A program made the position numbers and the translations under genes. A stretch of DNA of 64,000 bases from Candidatus Hebobacterum abditum (GTDB lineage: Bacteria > Armatimonadota > Hebobacteria > Hebobacterales > Hebobacteraceae). The stretch's first letter is position 1; the number at the start of each line of letters is the position of its first letter. A model generated the notes under the pieces. The model worked only from the letters and a program-made list of their open reading frames with translations. It was not told the DNA's origin and ran no database searches. Where the stretch lies: assembly GCA_029821875.1 (NCBI GenBank), contig JALGXW010000008.1, positions 108,713 through 172,712 on the forward strand, in the 5' to 3' direction. Positions 9,351 through 19,146 of this stretch are shown here, piece after piece.

Positions 9351-10817
9351 ATGGCGTTCTATGTGAACCCGTTCGCGGGTGACGACAGCGCGGAGGGCAC
9401 CAGCCCGAGCGCGGCCTGGCGGACGTTGGCGAAGGTGAGCGGCCAGGAGTTCGAGCCCGGCGCGCAGGTGCTGCTGCTGCGCGGAGGCACCTGGAACGAG
9501 GGGCTGCGGCTGCGGGGCTGCGGCACGGCCGACAAGCCCATCCTGCTCGGCGCCTATGGCGAAGGGCCGCGCCCCCGCATCAACGCCGGCCCGACCCATG
9601 CCATCACCGGCGAAGGCGCGATCTCCGGCTGGCGAATCTCGGGCCTCGAGCTGACCAGCACCAATGACCTCAACCCCACCCACAAGATCACCGGCGGGAC
9701 GTGCGGCATCTACGTTGAGCAGGAGGACCTGTGCGAGGGCCTCATCATCGAGGACTGCCTCATCCACAACACGAGCGGCCCGGGCATCTTCCTCAAGGCG
9801 ACCGGAAAGTCCAAGCTCGTCTTCAAGGACACCGTCATCGAGCACTGCGAGGTCTACAACGCGAGCTGCGGGATTCAGTTCCTCGGCCTGCCGGACTACG
9901 GCACCGAGTACTTCGGCGGCTTCCGCGTCGCGCACTGCGTCGTCCACGACATCGGCGGCGACGGCATCGTCCCCTTCTGCGGCAACAACGGTGTCATCGA
10001 GTACTGCACCGCCTACCGCACCGGCCAGGGATGTGACGAGAAAGACCACAGCCCGGTTGCCATCTGGTACGCGTGGGCGAAGAGCTGTGTCATCCAGTAC
10101 TGCCACGCCTATGACAACCGCACCGGCGGCCGCGGCGCGGATGGCGGCGGCTTCGACTTCGACGGCGGATGTGTGGACTGCATTCTCCAGTACAACTACT
10201 CCCACGACAACGAGGGCGCGGGCTATCTCATCTGCTCCTGGGACGCGGAGAAGTGGCCGTGCACGGGCTGCATCTGCCGTTATAACGTGTCGGTCAACGA
10301 CGGGCTCCAGAACGACTACGCGAGCATCCACTTCTGGCAGAACCAGGACTGCACGATCCACAACAACACCTGCATCACCCGCAGCGCCTCTCCCGTGAAG
10401 TTCGCCACCAGCGGCTTCAGCGCGAGGGGCAACCTCATCGCCAATAACGTCTTCCTTATCGACTCCCCCGAGGATATCCCGCTGGTGAAGTCGGAGTTCG
10501 ACATCGGCGAGAATCAGTTCCGAAACAACCTCTACCACCGCGTGCGAGAGGGGCTGTACTTCACACCCGACGGGAAGGAAATCCGCACTCTCGACGAATT
10601 CATGAAGGTGGTCGGTGGCGAGGGCGAGATCGCGGGCGATCCGAAGCTAGCCGATCCCGCCTCGGGCAACTTCCACCTGCGGCCCGACTCGCCGTGCCGA
10701 GGCGGGGGGATGCGCCTCCCCGACATGGGGCCCCGCGACTACTACGGGACTCCGCTGGCCGAGGATGGGCCGGTTGACATAGGCTGTGCGGCCGCGAGGG
10801 GCGCGCCGCCAAAATGA
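9351..10817 (+). CDS. Right-handed parallel beta-helix repeat protein (probable polysaccharide lyase or hydrolase)
   Basis: Repeated G-x-x-I / NxxG / HN beta-helix rungs (ITGGTCGIYVEQ..., IHNTSGPGIF..., HDIGGDGIVP..., SHDNEGAGY...). RBS GGAGGCGGAG before the ATG. Confidence 0.6.
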   Translation: MAFYVNPFAGDDSAEGTSPSAAWRTLAKVSGQEFEPGAQVLLLRGGTWNEGLRLRGCGTADKPILLGAYGEGPRPRINAGPTHAITGEGAISGWRISGLELTSTNDLNPTHKITGGTCGIYVEQEDLCEGLIIEDCLIHNTSGPGIFLKATGKSKLVFKDTVIEHCEVYNASCGIQFLGLPDYGTEYFGGFRVAHCVVHDIGGDGIVPFCGNNGVIEYCTAYRTGQGCDEKDHSPVAIWYAWAKSCVIQYCHAYDNRTGGRGADGGGFDFDGGCVDCILQYNYSHDNEGAGYLICSWDAEKWPCTGCICRYNVSVNDGLQNDYASIHFWQNQDCTIHNNTCITRSASPVKFATSGFSARGNLIANNVFLIDSPEDIPLVKSEFDIGENQFRNNLYHRVREGLYFTPDGKEIRTLDEFMKVVGGEGEIAGDPKLADPASGNFHLRPDSPCRGGGMRLPDMGPRDYYGTPLAEDGPVDIGCAAARGAPPK

Positions 10818-10865
10818 GGCTCGGCGAGGCCGATCAGTGACTCGCCGAGAGGAGGGAATCTGACG

Positions 10866-12365
10866 ATGGCGACCATGCCGAACACCCCGCAGATCAAGCT
10901 GGCGATCGTGGCCGTGAGCCGCGACTGCTTCCCGATCGATCTGTCGCGCAAGCGCAGCAGGGAACTCGTGAAGGCCTGCCGGGCTGCCGGCCTGAAGGTG
11001 TACGCCTGCCCGACAATCATCGAGAACGAGAACGACGCCCTGGAGGCCGTGGTGAAGTGCCGGGAGAACGGCGCCAATGCGGCCGTCGTCTACCTCGGCA
11101 ACTTCGGGCCGGAGGGGCCGCTCTCCATCTTCGCGCAGTACTTCGGCGGGCCGGTCATGCTGTGTGGCGCGGCCGAGGAGAGCAAGGACACGCTGGTCGG
11201 GGGCCGCGGCGATGCCTTCTGCGGGATGCTCAGCGCCTCCTATAACTTCGACCTGCGCGATGTCCCCGTCTATATGCCGCAGATGCCGGTCGGCCTGCCG
11301 GGCGAGCTGGCCGAGAAGGCGGTGCACTTCGCAGCCGTCGCGCGGTGCGTGCTCGGGGTCCAGGGCGTGAAGATCATCGCCTTCGGTCCGCGCCCGCAGG
11401 ACTTCTTCGCCTGCAACGCGCCCATCAAGCCGCTCTACGAGCTCGGCGTCGAGGTGATGGAGAACAGCGAGCTCGACATGCACCTGCTCTTCCAGGACGT
11501 GGCCGAGGATGACAAGGACGTCAAGGCCACCGTGAGAGACATGAAGAGGGAGCTGGGCGCGGGCGCCACCTACCCCGACCTGCTGCCCAAGCTCGCCCGC
11601 TTCGAGGTCGCTCTGACCCGCTTCGCCGAGGAGAACATCGGCTCCAAGGAATACGTGATCTTCGCCAACAAGTGCTGGCCGGCATTCGAGCCGGCCTTCG
11701 GGTTCGTGCCCTGCTATGTGAACTCCCGGCTCGCCACCCGCGGCATGCCCGTGGCCTGCGAGGTGGACCTCTACGGCGCGCTGAGCGAGTACCTCTGCCT
11801 GCTCGCCAGCGGAAAGCCGGTGACGCTGCTCGACATCAACAACACCGTCCCGGCCGACCTCATCGGCAAGAAGGCCGATCTCAAGGGAGCGAAGGCGGAG
11901 GACCTCTTCATGGGCTTCCACTGTGGCAACAGCCCCAGCGCCTGTATGAAGGACTGCGCCATGAGCTATCAGCTCATCATGAACCGGCTCATAGAGGACC
12001 CGAAGGCCGAGCCGGACATCACCCGCGGCACCCTGGAGGGTCAGCTCCGGCCCGGGCCGGCGACTTTCTTCCGGCTGCAGAGCACGGCCGATGGATACCT
12101 GCAGAGCTACGTCGCTCCGGGCAATATCCTCGACATCAAGCCGAACAGCTTCGGCGGCATCGGCGTCTTCGCCATTCCGAACTTCGCCCGCTTCTACCGC
12201 CACGTGCTGCTCGGCATGCACTTCCCGCACCACGGCGCGGTCGCCTTCGACAACGCCGCCAAGGTGCTGTTCGACGCGGTGAAGCTGCTGGGCGTGGAAG
12301 AGATCGGCGTTCCGCTGCCGAAGACCATGCTCTACCCGGGCGAGAACGCCTTCGAGGTGCTCTAG
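10866..12365 (+). CDS. L-arabinose isomerase-like protein of the FucI/AraA superfamily
   Basis: About 500 aa with the FucI/AraA-like fold (VVYLGNFGPEG..., HCGNSPSACM...). It is syntenic with araB and araD downstream. RBS GAGAGGAGGG. Confidence 0.55.
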   Translation: MATMPNTPQIKLAIVAVSRDCFPIDLSRKRSRELVKACRAAGLKVYACPTIIENENDALEAVVKCRENGANAAVVYLGNFGPEGPLSIFAQYFGGPVMLCGAAEESKDTLVGGRGDAFCGMLSASYNFDLRDVPVYMPQMPVGLPGELAEKAVHFAAVARCVLGVQGVKIIAFGPRPQDFFACNAPIKPLYELGVEVMENSELDMHLLFQDVAEDDKDVKATVRDMKRELGAGATYPDLLPKLARFEVALTRFAEENIGSKEYVIFANKCWPAFEPAFGFVPCYVNSRLATRGMPVACEVDLYGALSEYLCLLASGKPVTLLDINNTVPADLIGKKADLKGAKAEDLFMGFHCGNSPSACMKDCAMSYQLIMNRLIEDPKAEPDITRGTLEGQLRPGPATFFRLQSTADGYLQSYVAPGNILDIKPNSFGGIGVFAIPNFARFYRHVLLGMHFPHHGAVAFDNAAKVLFDAVKLLGVEEIGVPLPKTMLYPGENAFEVL

Positions 12366-12473
12366 CGACGGCCCGCAGTAGGCACTCCTCGAGAGAGGGC
12401 GCTGGGTCACTGTGAATGTGACGCGTTGCTCTTGTCTGGATGGTGCCGAGCGTGCGTCGTCTGAGGAACTCGA

Positions 12474-12908
12474 ATGATGAGCGTCGAGACGAACGTCAAG
12501 CAGGCGGTGCCGTTCTTCGGCGTCTCGGACATGGAGGAGTCGCTTCGCTACTATGTCGATGGTCTCGGCTTCCGGATGACCGACAAATGGATGCACGAAG
12601 GCAACCTCCGCTGGTGCCAGCTGGAACTTGGGGAGGCGGCCCTCATGCTGCAGGAGTTCTGGCGGGAAGGGCCCCACGAGGGTAGGCCCGAGGGCAAGCT
12701 GGGCCAGGGTGTGTCTATCTGCTTCATCTGCGAAGACGCACTGGCGATCTATCGCGAGGTCACCTCGCGGGGGATCGATGCTCAGAGGCCCTTCGTTGGG
12801 AACAGGATGTGGGTCACGTCTCTGACGGACCCGGACGGTTACAGGCTCGACTTCGAGAGCCCGACGGAGGCGCCGGAGGAGACGGTGTACTCGGGGGAGG
12901 AAGGGTGA
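12474..12908 (+). CDS. VOC family (glyoxalase/bleomycin-resistance/dioxygenase fold) protein
   Basis: 144 aa. VPFFGVSDMEESLRYYVDGLGFRM... is a typical VOC beta-alpha-beta-beta-beta module. It is embedded between the isomerase and araB. Confidence 0.6.
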   Translation: MMSVETNVKQAVPFFGVSDMEESLRYYVDGLGFRMTDKWMHEGNLRWCQLELGEAALMLQEFWREGPHEGRPEGKLGQGVSICFICEDALAIYREVTSRGIDAQRPFVGNRMWVTSLTDPDGYRLDFESPTEAPEETVYSGEEG

Positions 12909-13021
12909 GGCCCCGGGCGCTTGTGTAGGCGGAGATCGACCCATGGGGCTGAGCGTGAAGCAGATTCCCAGGCTCGGCGCCGAGTAGGTTCAAACTGAGC
13001 CACTGCGCGGGAGAGAGACAG

Positions 13022-14707
13022 ATGCCGAAGTATGCGATCGGGCTTGACTACGGGACGAATTCGGTTCGCTCCTTGCTGGTGAACGCGGCCAATGGCCGCG
13101 AGGTAGGCACCTCGGTGTGGAACTACGAGCACGGCACCGAGGGCGTCATCCTAAGCAGCGACCCCAACCTCGCCCGCCAGCACCCGGCCGACTACCTGAA
13201 GGGCGGCGAGATCGTCATCAGGCGAGCACTCTCTCAGGCGAAGCGGAAGATCAAGGGCTTCTCCCCGGATCAGGTCATCGGCATCGGGGTCGACACCACC
13301 GGCAGCACGCCGCTGCCGGTCGACGAGGACGGCCAGCCGCTGGCCTTCCAGAGGAAGTTCGCCAAGGACCCGGCGGCGATGGCCCGGCTGTGGAAGGACC
13401 ACACCGGCGTGGCCGAGGCGGAGGAGATCACCGCGCTGGCCGAGCGGCTGCGGCCGCACTACCTCGCCAAGTGCGGCGGCACCTATAGCAGCGAGTGGTT
13501 CTTCAGCAAGGTGCTCCACTGCGTTCGGACGAGCCCGAAGGTGTTCGACGCGGCCTACACCTGGGTCGAGATCGCCGACTGGATCCCGGCCGCCCTCACT
13601 GATACGCTCGACCCGGATGGGCTCACGGTGGGAGTCTGCGCGGCCGGCCACAAGGCGATGTACAACGACGCCTGGGGCGGCTACCCCGACAAGCGTTTCC
13701 TCGGCAGACTTCATCCGAAGCTGGCCCAGTTGCGCGACCGGCTTCAGGACAAGGCCTACAACATCGAGAAGGCGGTCGGCGGCCTGAGCAAGGAGTGGGC
13801 GAAGCGCGCGGGCCTGCCCGAGGGGATTCCGGTGGCGGTCGGCGCGTTCGACGCGCACCTCGGCGCGGTCGGCGCGGGCATCAAGCCGGGCACGTTGGTG
13901 AAGATCATCGGCACCAGCACCTGCGACATGATGGTCGCGCCCCTGGGCAGGGATCTGCCCGACATCCCGGGCCTCTGCGGCATCGTTCCCGAGAGCATCC
14001 TGCCCCGCTACTATGGGCTGGAGGCCGGGCAGTCGGCCGTGGGCGACATCTTCAACTGGTTCGTGAACTACGTCGAGCCGGGCGGCCAGCAGATGGGGTC
14101 ACACGAGGCCCTCACGCGGGAGGCTGCCAAGCTGAAGCCCGGGGAGTCGGGTCTGCTCGCGCTGGACTGGAACAACGGCAACCGCACCATCCTCGTGGAC
14201 ACGCGGCTGACCGGCATGCTGCTCGGCCAGACGCTCTACACCCGGCCGGGCGAAATCTACCGGGCGCTCATCGAGGCGACGGCCTTCGGCGCGCTGACGA
14301 TCATCAACCGCTTCGAGGAGTATGGCGTCAAGGTCGGGCAGGTGGTCAACTGCGGCGGCATCGCGGAGAAGAACCCCCTCGTGATGCAGATCTACGCCGA
14401 CGTCACCGGCCGGCCGATGAAGATCTCTCGCTCTGCGCAGACACCCGCGCTTGGCGCGGCCATGGCGGGAGCGGTCGTCGCCGGGAGGAAGGCCGGGGGA
14501 TACCCCGGCTTCAGCGCCGCGCAGAAGGCCATGTCCGGCCTGAAGGCCAAGGTCTACACGCCGGACCGAAAGGCACAGGCCGTCTACGCCGAGCTTTACG
14601 CACTCTACAGCCAGCTCCACGACGCCTTCGGCACCCAGAAGTGGGAGGGCAAGCTCTACAACGTCATGAAGGACCTGCTGGCCGTCCGGGGCAAGGTGAG
14701 GAAGTAG
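13022..14707 (+). CDS. araB: Ribulokinase (FGGY family)
   Basis: MPKYAIGLDYGTNSVRSLLVN..., 561 aa, with the FGGY N- and C-domains. It is adjacent to araD. Confidence 0.8.
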   Translation: MPKYAIGLDYGTNSVRSLLVNAANGREVGTSVWNYEHGTEGVILSSDPNLARQHPADYLKGGEIVIRRALSQAKRKIKGFSPDQVIGIGVDTTGSTPLPVDEDGQPLAFQRKFAKDPAAMARLWKDHTGVAEAEEITALAERLRPHYLAKCGGTYSSEWFFSKVLHCVRTSPKVFDAAYTWVEIADWIPAALTDTLDPDGLTVGVCAAGHKAMYNDAWGGYPDKRFLGRLHPKLAQLRDRLQDKAYNIEKAVGGLSKEWAKRAGLPEGIPVAVGAFDAHLGAVGAGIKPGTLVKIIGTSTCDMMVAPLGRDLPDIPGLCGIVPESILPRYYGLEAGQSAVGDIFNWFVNYVEPGGQQMGSHEALTREAAKLKPGESGLLALDWNNGNRTILVDTRLTGMLLGQTLYTRPGEIYRALIEATAFGALTIINRFEEYGVKVGQVVNCGGIAEKNPLVMQIYADVTGRPMKISRSAQTPALGAAMAGAVVAGRKAGGYPGFSAAQKAMSGLKAKVYTPDRKAQAVYAELYALYSQLHDAFGTQKWEGKLYNVMKDLLAVRGKVRK

Positions 14708-14728
14708 TCTCGCACAGGCTTCGGTGAT

Positions 14729-15421
14729 ATGCTCGACGCCCTGAAAGAAGAGGTCTGCCAGGCCAACCTGCGGCTCGTCGAAGAGCAGCTGGTCATCCAC
14801 ACCTGGGGCAATGTGAGCGGCATCGACCGCGAGCAGGGCCTGGTGGTGATCAAGGCCTCCGGCGTGCCCTATGAGGGCATGGCCCCGGAGCACATGGTGG
14901 TGGTCTCCCTCGACACCGGCGAGAAGGTGGAGGGGGACTATCGCCCGAGTTCAGACACCCCGACACACCTGGAGCTCTACCGCGCCTTCGAGAACATCGG
15001 CGGAGCGGTGCACACGCACAGCCTCTACGCCAGCGCCTGGGCGCAGGCGCGGCGGGAGATTCCGCCACTGGGAACGACCCACGCCGACTACTTCTACGGG
15101 CCGATCCCGCTCACGCGGCAGATGACCGAGGCCGAGATCAAGCAGGCCTACGAGATCAACACCGGCAAGGTGATCGTCGAGCGCTTCGCCGACCTCGACC
15201 CGATGGAGATGCCGGGCGTGCTCGTGGTGAACCACGGGCCGTTCGCGTGGGGCCGCTCCCCCGACGACGCCGTGGACAATGCGGTCTACCTCGAATGCGT
15301 GGCACGGATGGCGAGCGAGACGCTGCGCGTCGACCCTAACGTCGAGTCCATGCCGCAGGCCCTGCTCGACAAGCACTACCTCCGCAAGCACGGCCCGGAC
15401 CGCTACTACGGGCAGGACTGA
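14729..15421 (+). CDS. araD: L-ribulose-5-phosphate 4-epimerase (class II aldolase/adducin family)
   Basis: VIHTWGNVSGIDRE...GAVHTHSLYASAW...LVVNHGPFAWG matches AraD. 230 aa. Confidence 0.8.
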   Translation: MLDALKEEVCQANLRLVEEQLVIHTWGNVSGIDREQGLVVIKASGVPYEGMAPEHMVVVSLDTGEKVEGDYRPSSDTPTHLELYRAFENIGGAVHTHSLYASAWAQARREIPPLGTTHADYFYGPIPLTRQMTEAEIKQAYEINTGKVIVERFADLDPMEMPGVLVVNHGPFAWGRSPDDAVDNAVYLECVARMASETLRVDPNVESMPQALLDKHYLRKHGPDRYYGQD

Positions 15422-15431
15422 CCCGCCGGCC

Positions 15432-17480
15432 TCACCCGCTCTTCTCGATGATCCACACGCCGCGGCCGGGAAGCTCGGCCGGGCCGGACATCTGCTCCCC
15501 GCTCAGCAGCTCGCGGCCGGCCACCGGCGTGAGGTCAACCTGCACCGGCTCGGCGTTGTGGTTGAGGACAAAGGTGAGCGTCTTGCCGCCGTTCGTCCGC
15601 TGAGTCACCTCGACGCCGTCGATCGGCGCGAGGACCGGCTCGATGCCATGTTCCGCGCAGAGGTGGCCCATCAACCCCTCGACGAACTTCGTCTCGGGGT
15701 CGGTGGCGATGTACCAGGCCGCGCCCTTCCCGAAGCGGTTGCGCGTGACCGCGGGCATACCAGCGTAGAAGTCCTTCCCGAACGCGGCGACGGCCTCGGC
15801 CGTCTCCGCATGGATGAGCCCATGCAGCATCCCGCACTCGTAGCTCCCCTGGAGGTCGCCGAGCGCGCTCGCCATGACGATCTCGTTCTTCAGCTCCGGC
15901 GGCACCGCGTCGAACTCCTCCGCCCAGATGCCGAGCATCTTCCGCAGCGGCCCCGGGTAGCCGCCCAGCACGGCGCGGTCGTTCTCATCCACCATGCCGC
16001 TGTACACCGTCGTCACGAACGTCCCGCCCGATTCCACGAACTTCTCGATCTTCTCCGCGAACCCGGGCTGCACCAGGTAGAGGAGCGGCGCGATAGCGAT
16101 CTTGTACTTGCTGAGGTCGAAGCTGGGATGAACGAAGTCCACCGGGACGCCCGCCCGCCAGAGGGCGCCGTAGTACGAGTGGATCAGCGGCACGTACTTC
16201 AGGTCCTGGCTCGGGCCGCTGGAGTACTCGACCGCCCACCAGTTCTCCCAGTCGAAGACCATCGCGACCTCGGCCTCGATGCGGCCGTCGAGCACGTCCG
16301 ATCCGAGCTCTTTCAGCTCCTTGCCCAGCTCGGCCGACTCGCGGAACACGCGGGTGTTCTCGTGTCCGGCGTGGGAGATGACGGCCCCGTGCCACTTCTC
16401 GCACGCGCCCTGAGACCGGCGGAGCTGGAAGTACATGATCGCGTCCGAGCCGTGGGCCATCGCCTGATAGCTCCACAGCCGCAGCACGCCGGGGCGCTTG
16501 AGGGAGTTGTAGGCCTGCCAGTTCTGCTGGCTCGGAGTCTGCTCCATGAGCATAAACGGCTGCCCCTCCTTCAGTCCGCGCATGAGGTCGTGCAGAAGTG
16601 CGACATTCCACGGCTTCACCTGCATCGGCGGATAGCTGTCCCAGGAGATGACGTCGAGGTGCGGCGCCCAGGCGAAGTAGTCGAGCGGCTTGAAGTGCCC
16701 CATCAGGTTGGTCGTGACCGGGACGTCGGGGGTGATCTCCTTGAGCGCATCCCGCTCGAGCAGATAGCATTCGAGGATGCTGTCGGACATGAAGCGCGAG
16801 TAGTCGAGCGAGATGCCCTGAAAGGCCGTCCGCGTTTGATCGTACGCCGACAGATGCTCCGACAGTGTGTTCGGCGGGACGATCTCCTCCCAGTCGTAGA
16901 AGGTGTGCCCCCAGAAGCGCGTGCACCAGCGCTCGTTGACCTCATCCAAGCTCCCGTACCGCTTCTGCAGCCACGCGCGGAAGGCGGCCGCGCAGTTCTC
17001 GCAGTAGCAGGCGCCGCCGAACTCGTTCGAGACGTGCCAGATGACGAGCGAGGGATGGCTCTTATAGCGGGTGGCCAGCGCCTTCGCCATCTCGCGGGCG
17101 TAGTGCCGATAGGTAGGGCTGTTGGGGCAGGAGTTGTGGCGGGCGCCGTACTGGCGCTTGCGGCCGTGGAAGTCAACGCGCAGCACATCGGGATGGCGCC
17201 GCGCCATCCAGGCCGGATGGGCGGCAGTTGAGGTGGCCATGCAGGCGTAGACACCGTTCTTCACGAGCAGGTCGAGGATCTCATCGAGCCACTCGAAGTC
17301 GTAGTGGGTTTCATCAGGCTGAAGGTGGGCCCAACTGAACACGGGGAGGGTCGCGATGTCGATGTTGGCCAGCTTGAAGAGCCGGACGTCTTCGTCCCAG
17401 ATATCCCGCGGCCATTGGTCCGGGTTGTAGTCGCCTCCGTAGAACACCTTTGGAAGCTTCGGGCTGATCACTTCGCTCAC
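15432..17480 (-). CDS. Glycoside hydrolase family 42 beta-galactosidase (second copy)
   Basis: VFYGGDYNPDQWPRDIWDEDVRLFKLANIDIATLPVFSWAHLQPDE... and WHVSNEFGG match GH42. GTG start. Convergent with araD. Confidence 0.85.
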   Translation of the reverse strand: MSEVISPKLPKVFYGGDYNPDQWPRDIWDEDVRLFKLANIDIATLPVFSWAHLQPDETHYDFEWLDEILDLLVKNGVYACMATSTAAHPAWMARRHPDVLRVDFHGRKRQYGARHNSCPNSPTYRHYAREMAKALATRYKSHPSLVIWHVSNEFGGACYCENCAAAFRAWLQKRYGSLDEVNERWCTRFWGHTFYDWEEIVPPNTLSEHLSAYDQTRTAFQGISLDYSRFMSDSILECYLLERDALKEITPDVPVTTNLMGHFKPLDYFAWAPHLDVISWDSYPPMQVKPWNVALLHDLMRGLKEGQPFMLMEQTPSQQNWQAYNSLKRPGVLRLWSYQAMAHGSDAIMYFQLRRSQGACEKWHGAVISHAGHENTRVFRESAELGKELKELGSDVLDGRIEAEVAMVFDWENWWAVEYSSGPSQDLKYVPLIHSYYGALWRAGVPVDFVHPSFDLSKYKIAIAPLLYLVQPGFAEKIEKFVESGGTFVTTVYSGMVDENDRAVLGGYPGPLRKMLGIWAEEFDAVPPELKNEIVMASALGDLQGSYECGMLHGLIHAETAEAVAAFGKDFYAGMPAVTRNRFGKGAAWYIATDPETKFVEGLMGHLCAEHGIEPVLAPIDGVEVTQRTNGGKTLTFVLNHNAEPVQVDLTPVAGRELLSGEQMSGPAELPGRGVWIIEKSG

Positions 17481-17633
17481 TCCATGAACGCCAGCAGAGA
17501 TTGGGTGCGTCCCGCAGGTTCTTCTGGCTCGGGGCCGCGTACCCCTCCCCGGGACCGTTCTGCGCGGCGAATGGAAACGAAGAGGCAGGAGGCACCCGCC
17601 TGCCCAACGAACAGCGCGGGGCAGAGTGAAGCC

Positions 17634-19130
17634 ATGAGCTTAATGGGCGTCGATATCGGGTCGAGCCGCTGCAAGGCGGTCGTCTTCGCCGCCGACGGGA
17701 GCGTGCTGGCCGAGGCCGCCGAGGACTACGAGCCGCAGTTCCCCGCGCCGGCCCGCGTCGAAATGGACTCGGAGGCGCTCTGGCAGGCCGTGGCCGCAGC
17801 CATCAGGTCGGCCGCCGAGGCGAGCGAGGAGCCGGTCGAGGCCACCGGCCTCAGCAGCCACGGCGAGTCCTTCGTTCCCGTGGACGAAAACGGCAATGCC
17901 CTCGGGCCGGCGATCATGAACGCGGACAACCGGGCATCTGAAGAGGCCGAGTGGTGGGAGAAACAGCTCGGCCGGGAGCACATCTTCCAGACCACCGGCA
18001 TGATCGTCCACCCGATGTACCCGATGCCGAAGCTCCGCTGGCTGCGCACCCATGAGCCGGAGCTGTTCGCCAGGGCGGCCCGCTTCGTCAGCGTCAGCGA
18101 TTATGTCTTGCTCAAGCTCGGCCTCGAGCCGCAGATGGCGTATCCTCTGGCCTGTCGGTTCATGGCCTTCGATGTCCGCACGTTGCGCTGGTCCGACGAG
18201 ATCCTCGCCGCGGCCGAGCTGTCACCGGAGCGGCTCCCTACCCCGGTTCCGGCCGGCACGGCCGCGGGCCGGCTCTCCCGGACGGCCGCGGCCGACCTGG
18301 GGCTTCAGCCCGACGTGCCCGTCGTCGTGGGTGGGCACGACCAGCCGAACGGCGCGCTCGGCATGGGCGCCATCGCGCCGGGAATGGTGACGAACTCGCT
18401 GGGGACATGGGAATGTCTGGTGGCCGTCGCCGACGAGCCGACCCTCGGCGAGACGGCGATGGCCGGCAGCCTCAACTCCTACTGTCACGTCGTGCCCGGT
18501 GCCTACATCACCATCGCCTACTTCCCGGCCGGGATCATGGTGAAGTGGTTCTGCGACACCTTCTGCGGCGAGGACGCGGCCGCCGCGGCCGCGCAGGGCA
18601 CCGGCCTGCACGAGTATCTCGAGGCGGCGGCGCCGGAGGGCCCCACCGGACTGTGCATCACGCCGCATCTTATCGGCACGGCGAATCCCCACTTCGATCC
18701 GCGCGCCACCGGCGTGGTCTTCGGCCTCACCCAGACGACGAGCCGCTATCAACTCTACAAAGGTATCCTCGAGGGCCTTGCGTGCGAGCTCGCCATCGTC
18801 TCCGATCTGCTCGCCGACGCGGTCGGCTCGTTCGACCTCCTGCGGTGCACCGGCGGCGGGGCGCGCTCGCGGCTCGGCCTCCAGCTCAGGGCCTCCATCA
18901 CCGGCCGGTCGATGCAGACATTGACCTGCCCCGAGGCGGTCTGCCTGGGCGTCGCGCTGCTAGCGGGGACGACCGCGGGCGTGTACGACGGCCTCGGCCA
19001 GGCCGTCGAGCAGGCCGTTCGCGTCGCCGACACGATCGCGCCCGACCGCGACGCGGCCGCCGCCTATGCTCGCCAGGTCGAGCAGTACCGCCGCCTCTAT
19101 CCCGCGCTCGCGCCGCTGCGCGAGCTGTGA
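17634..19130 (+). CDS. FGGY family carbohydrate kinase (xylulokinase/L-fuculokinase-like)
   Basis: MSLMGVDIGSSRCKAVVFAADGSVLAEAAEDYEPQFP... with the FGGY N and C domains. The real start is at 17634, not at the upstream ORF start 17304. Confidence 0.75.
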   Translation: MSLMGVDIGSSRCKAVVFAADGSVLAEAAEDYEPQFPAPARVEMDSEALWQAVAAAIRSAAEASEEPVEATGLSSHGESFVPVDENGNALGPAIMNADNRASEEAEWWEKQLGREHIFQTTGMIVHPMYPMPKLRWLRTHEPELFARAARFVSVSDYVLLKLGLEPQMAYPLACRFMAFDVRTLRWSDEILAAAELSPERLPTPVPAGTAAGRLSRTAAADLGLQPDVPVVVGGHDQPNGALGMGAIAPGMVTNSLGTWECLVAVADEPTLGETAMAGSLNSYCHVVPGAYITIAYFPAGIMVKWFCDTFCGEDAAAAAAQGTGLHEYLEAAAPEGPTGLCITPHLIGTANPHFDPRATGVVFGLTQTTSRYQLYKGILEGLACELAIVSDLLADAVGSFDLLRCTGGGARSRLGLQLRASITGRSMQTLTCPEAVCLGVALLAGTTAGVYDGLGQAVEQAVRVADTIAPDRDAAAAYARQVEQYRRLYPALAPLREL

Positions 19131-19146
19131 GGGACGGGATCATCGC

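Noticed and set aside
9664-10398. 244-aa Ser/Thr/Ala/Arg-rich ORF in an alternate frame of the beta-helix gene
   Set aside because: Frame-shifted reading of GC-rich coding DNA with no start context; the beta-helix frame is coherent.
10647-12944. 765-aa minus-strand ORF spanning the isomerase and VOC genes
   Set aside because: It crosses an intergenic region and two sense-strand genes; its composition is artefactual.
15279-17231. 650-aa plus-strand ORF antisense to the second GH42 gene
   Set aside because: Antisense GC artefact; the minus-strand product is a textbook GH42.
17304-17633. 110-codon 5' extension of the FGGY kinase ORF
   Set aside because: The extension is not kinase-like. The FGGY domain begins at MSLMGVDIGSS (17634), and the upstream region is the divergent promoter zone shared with GH42.
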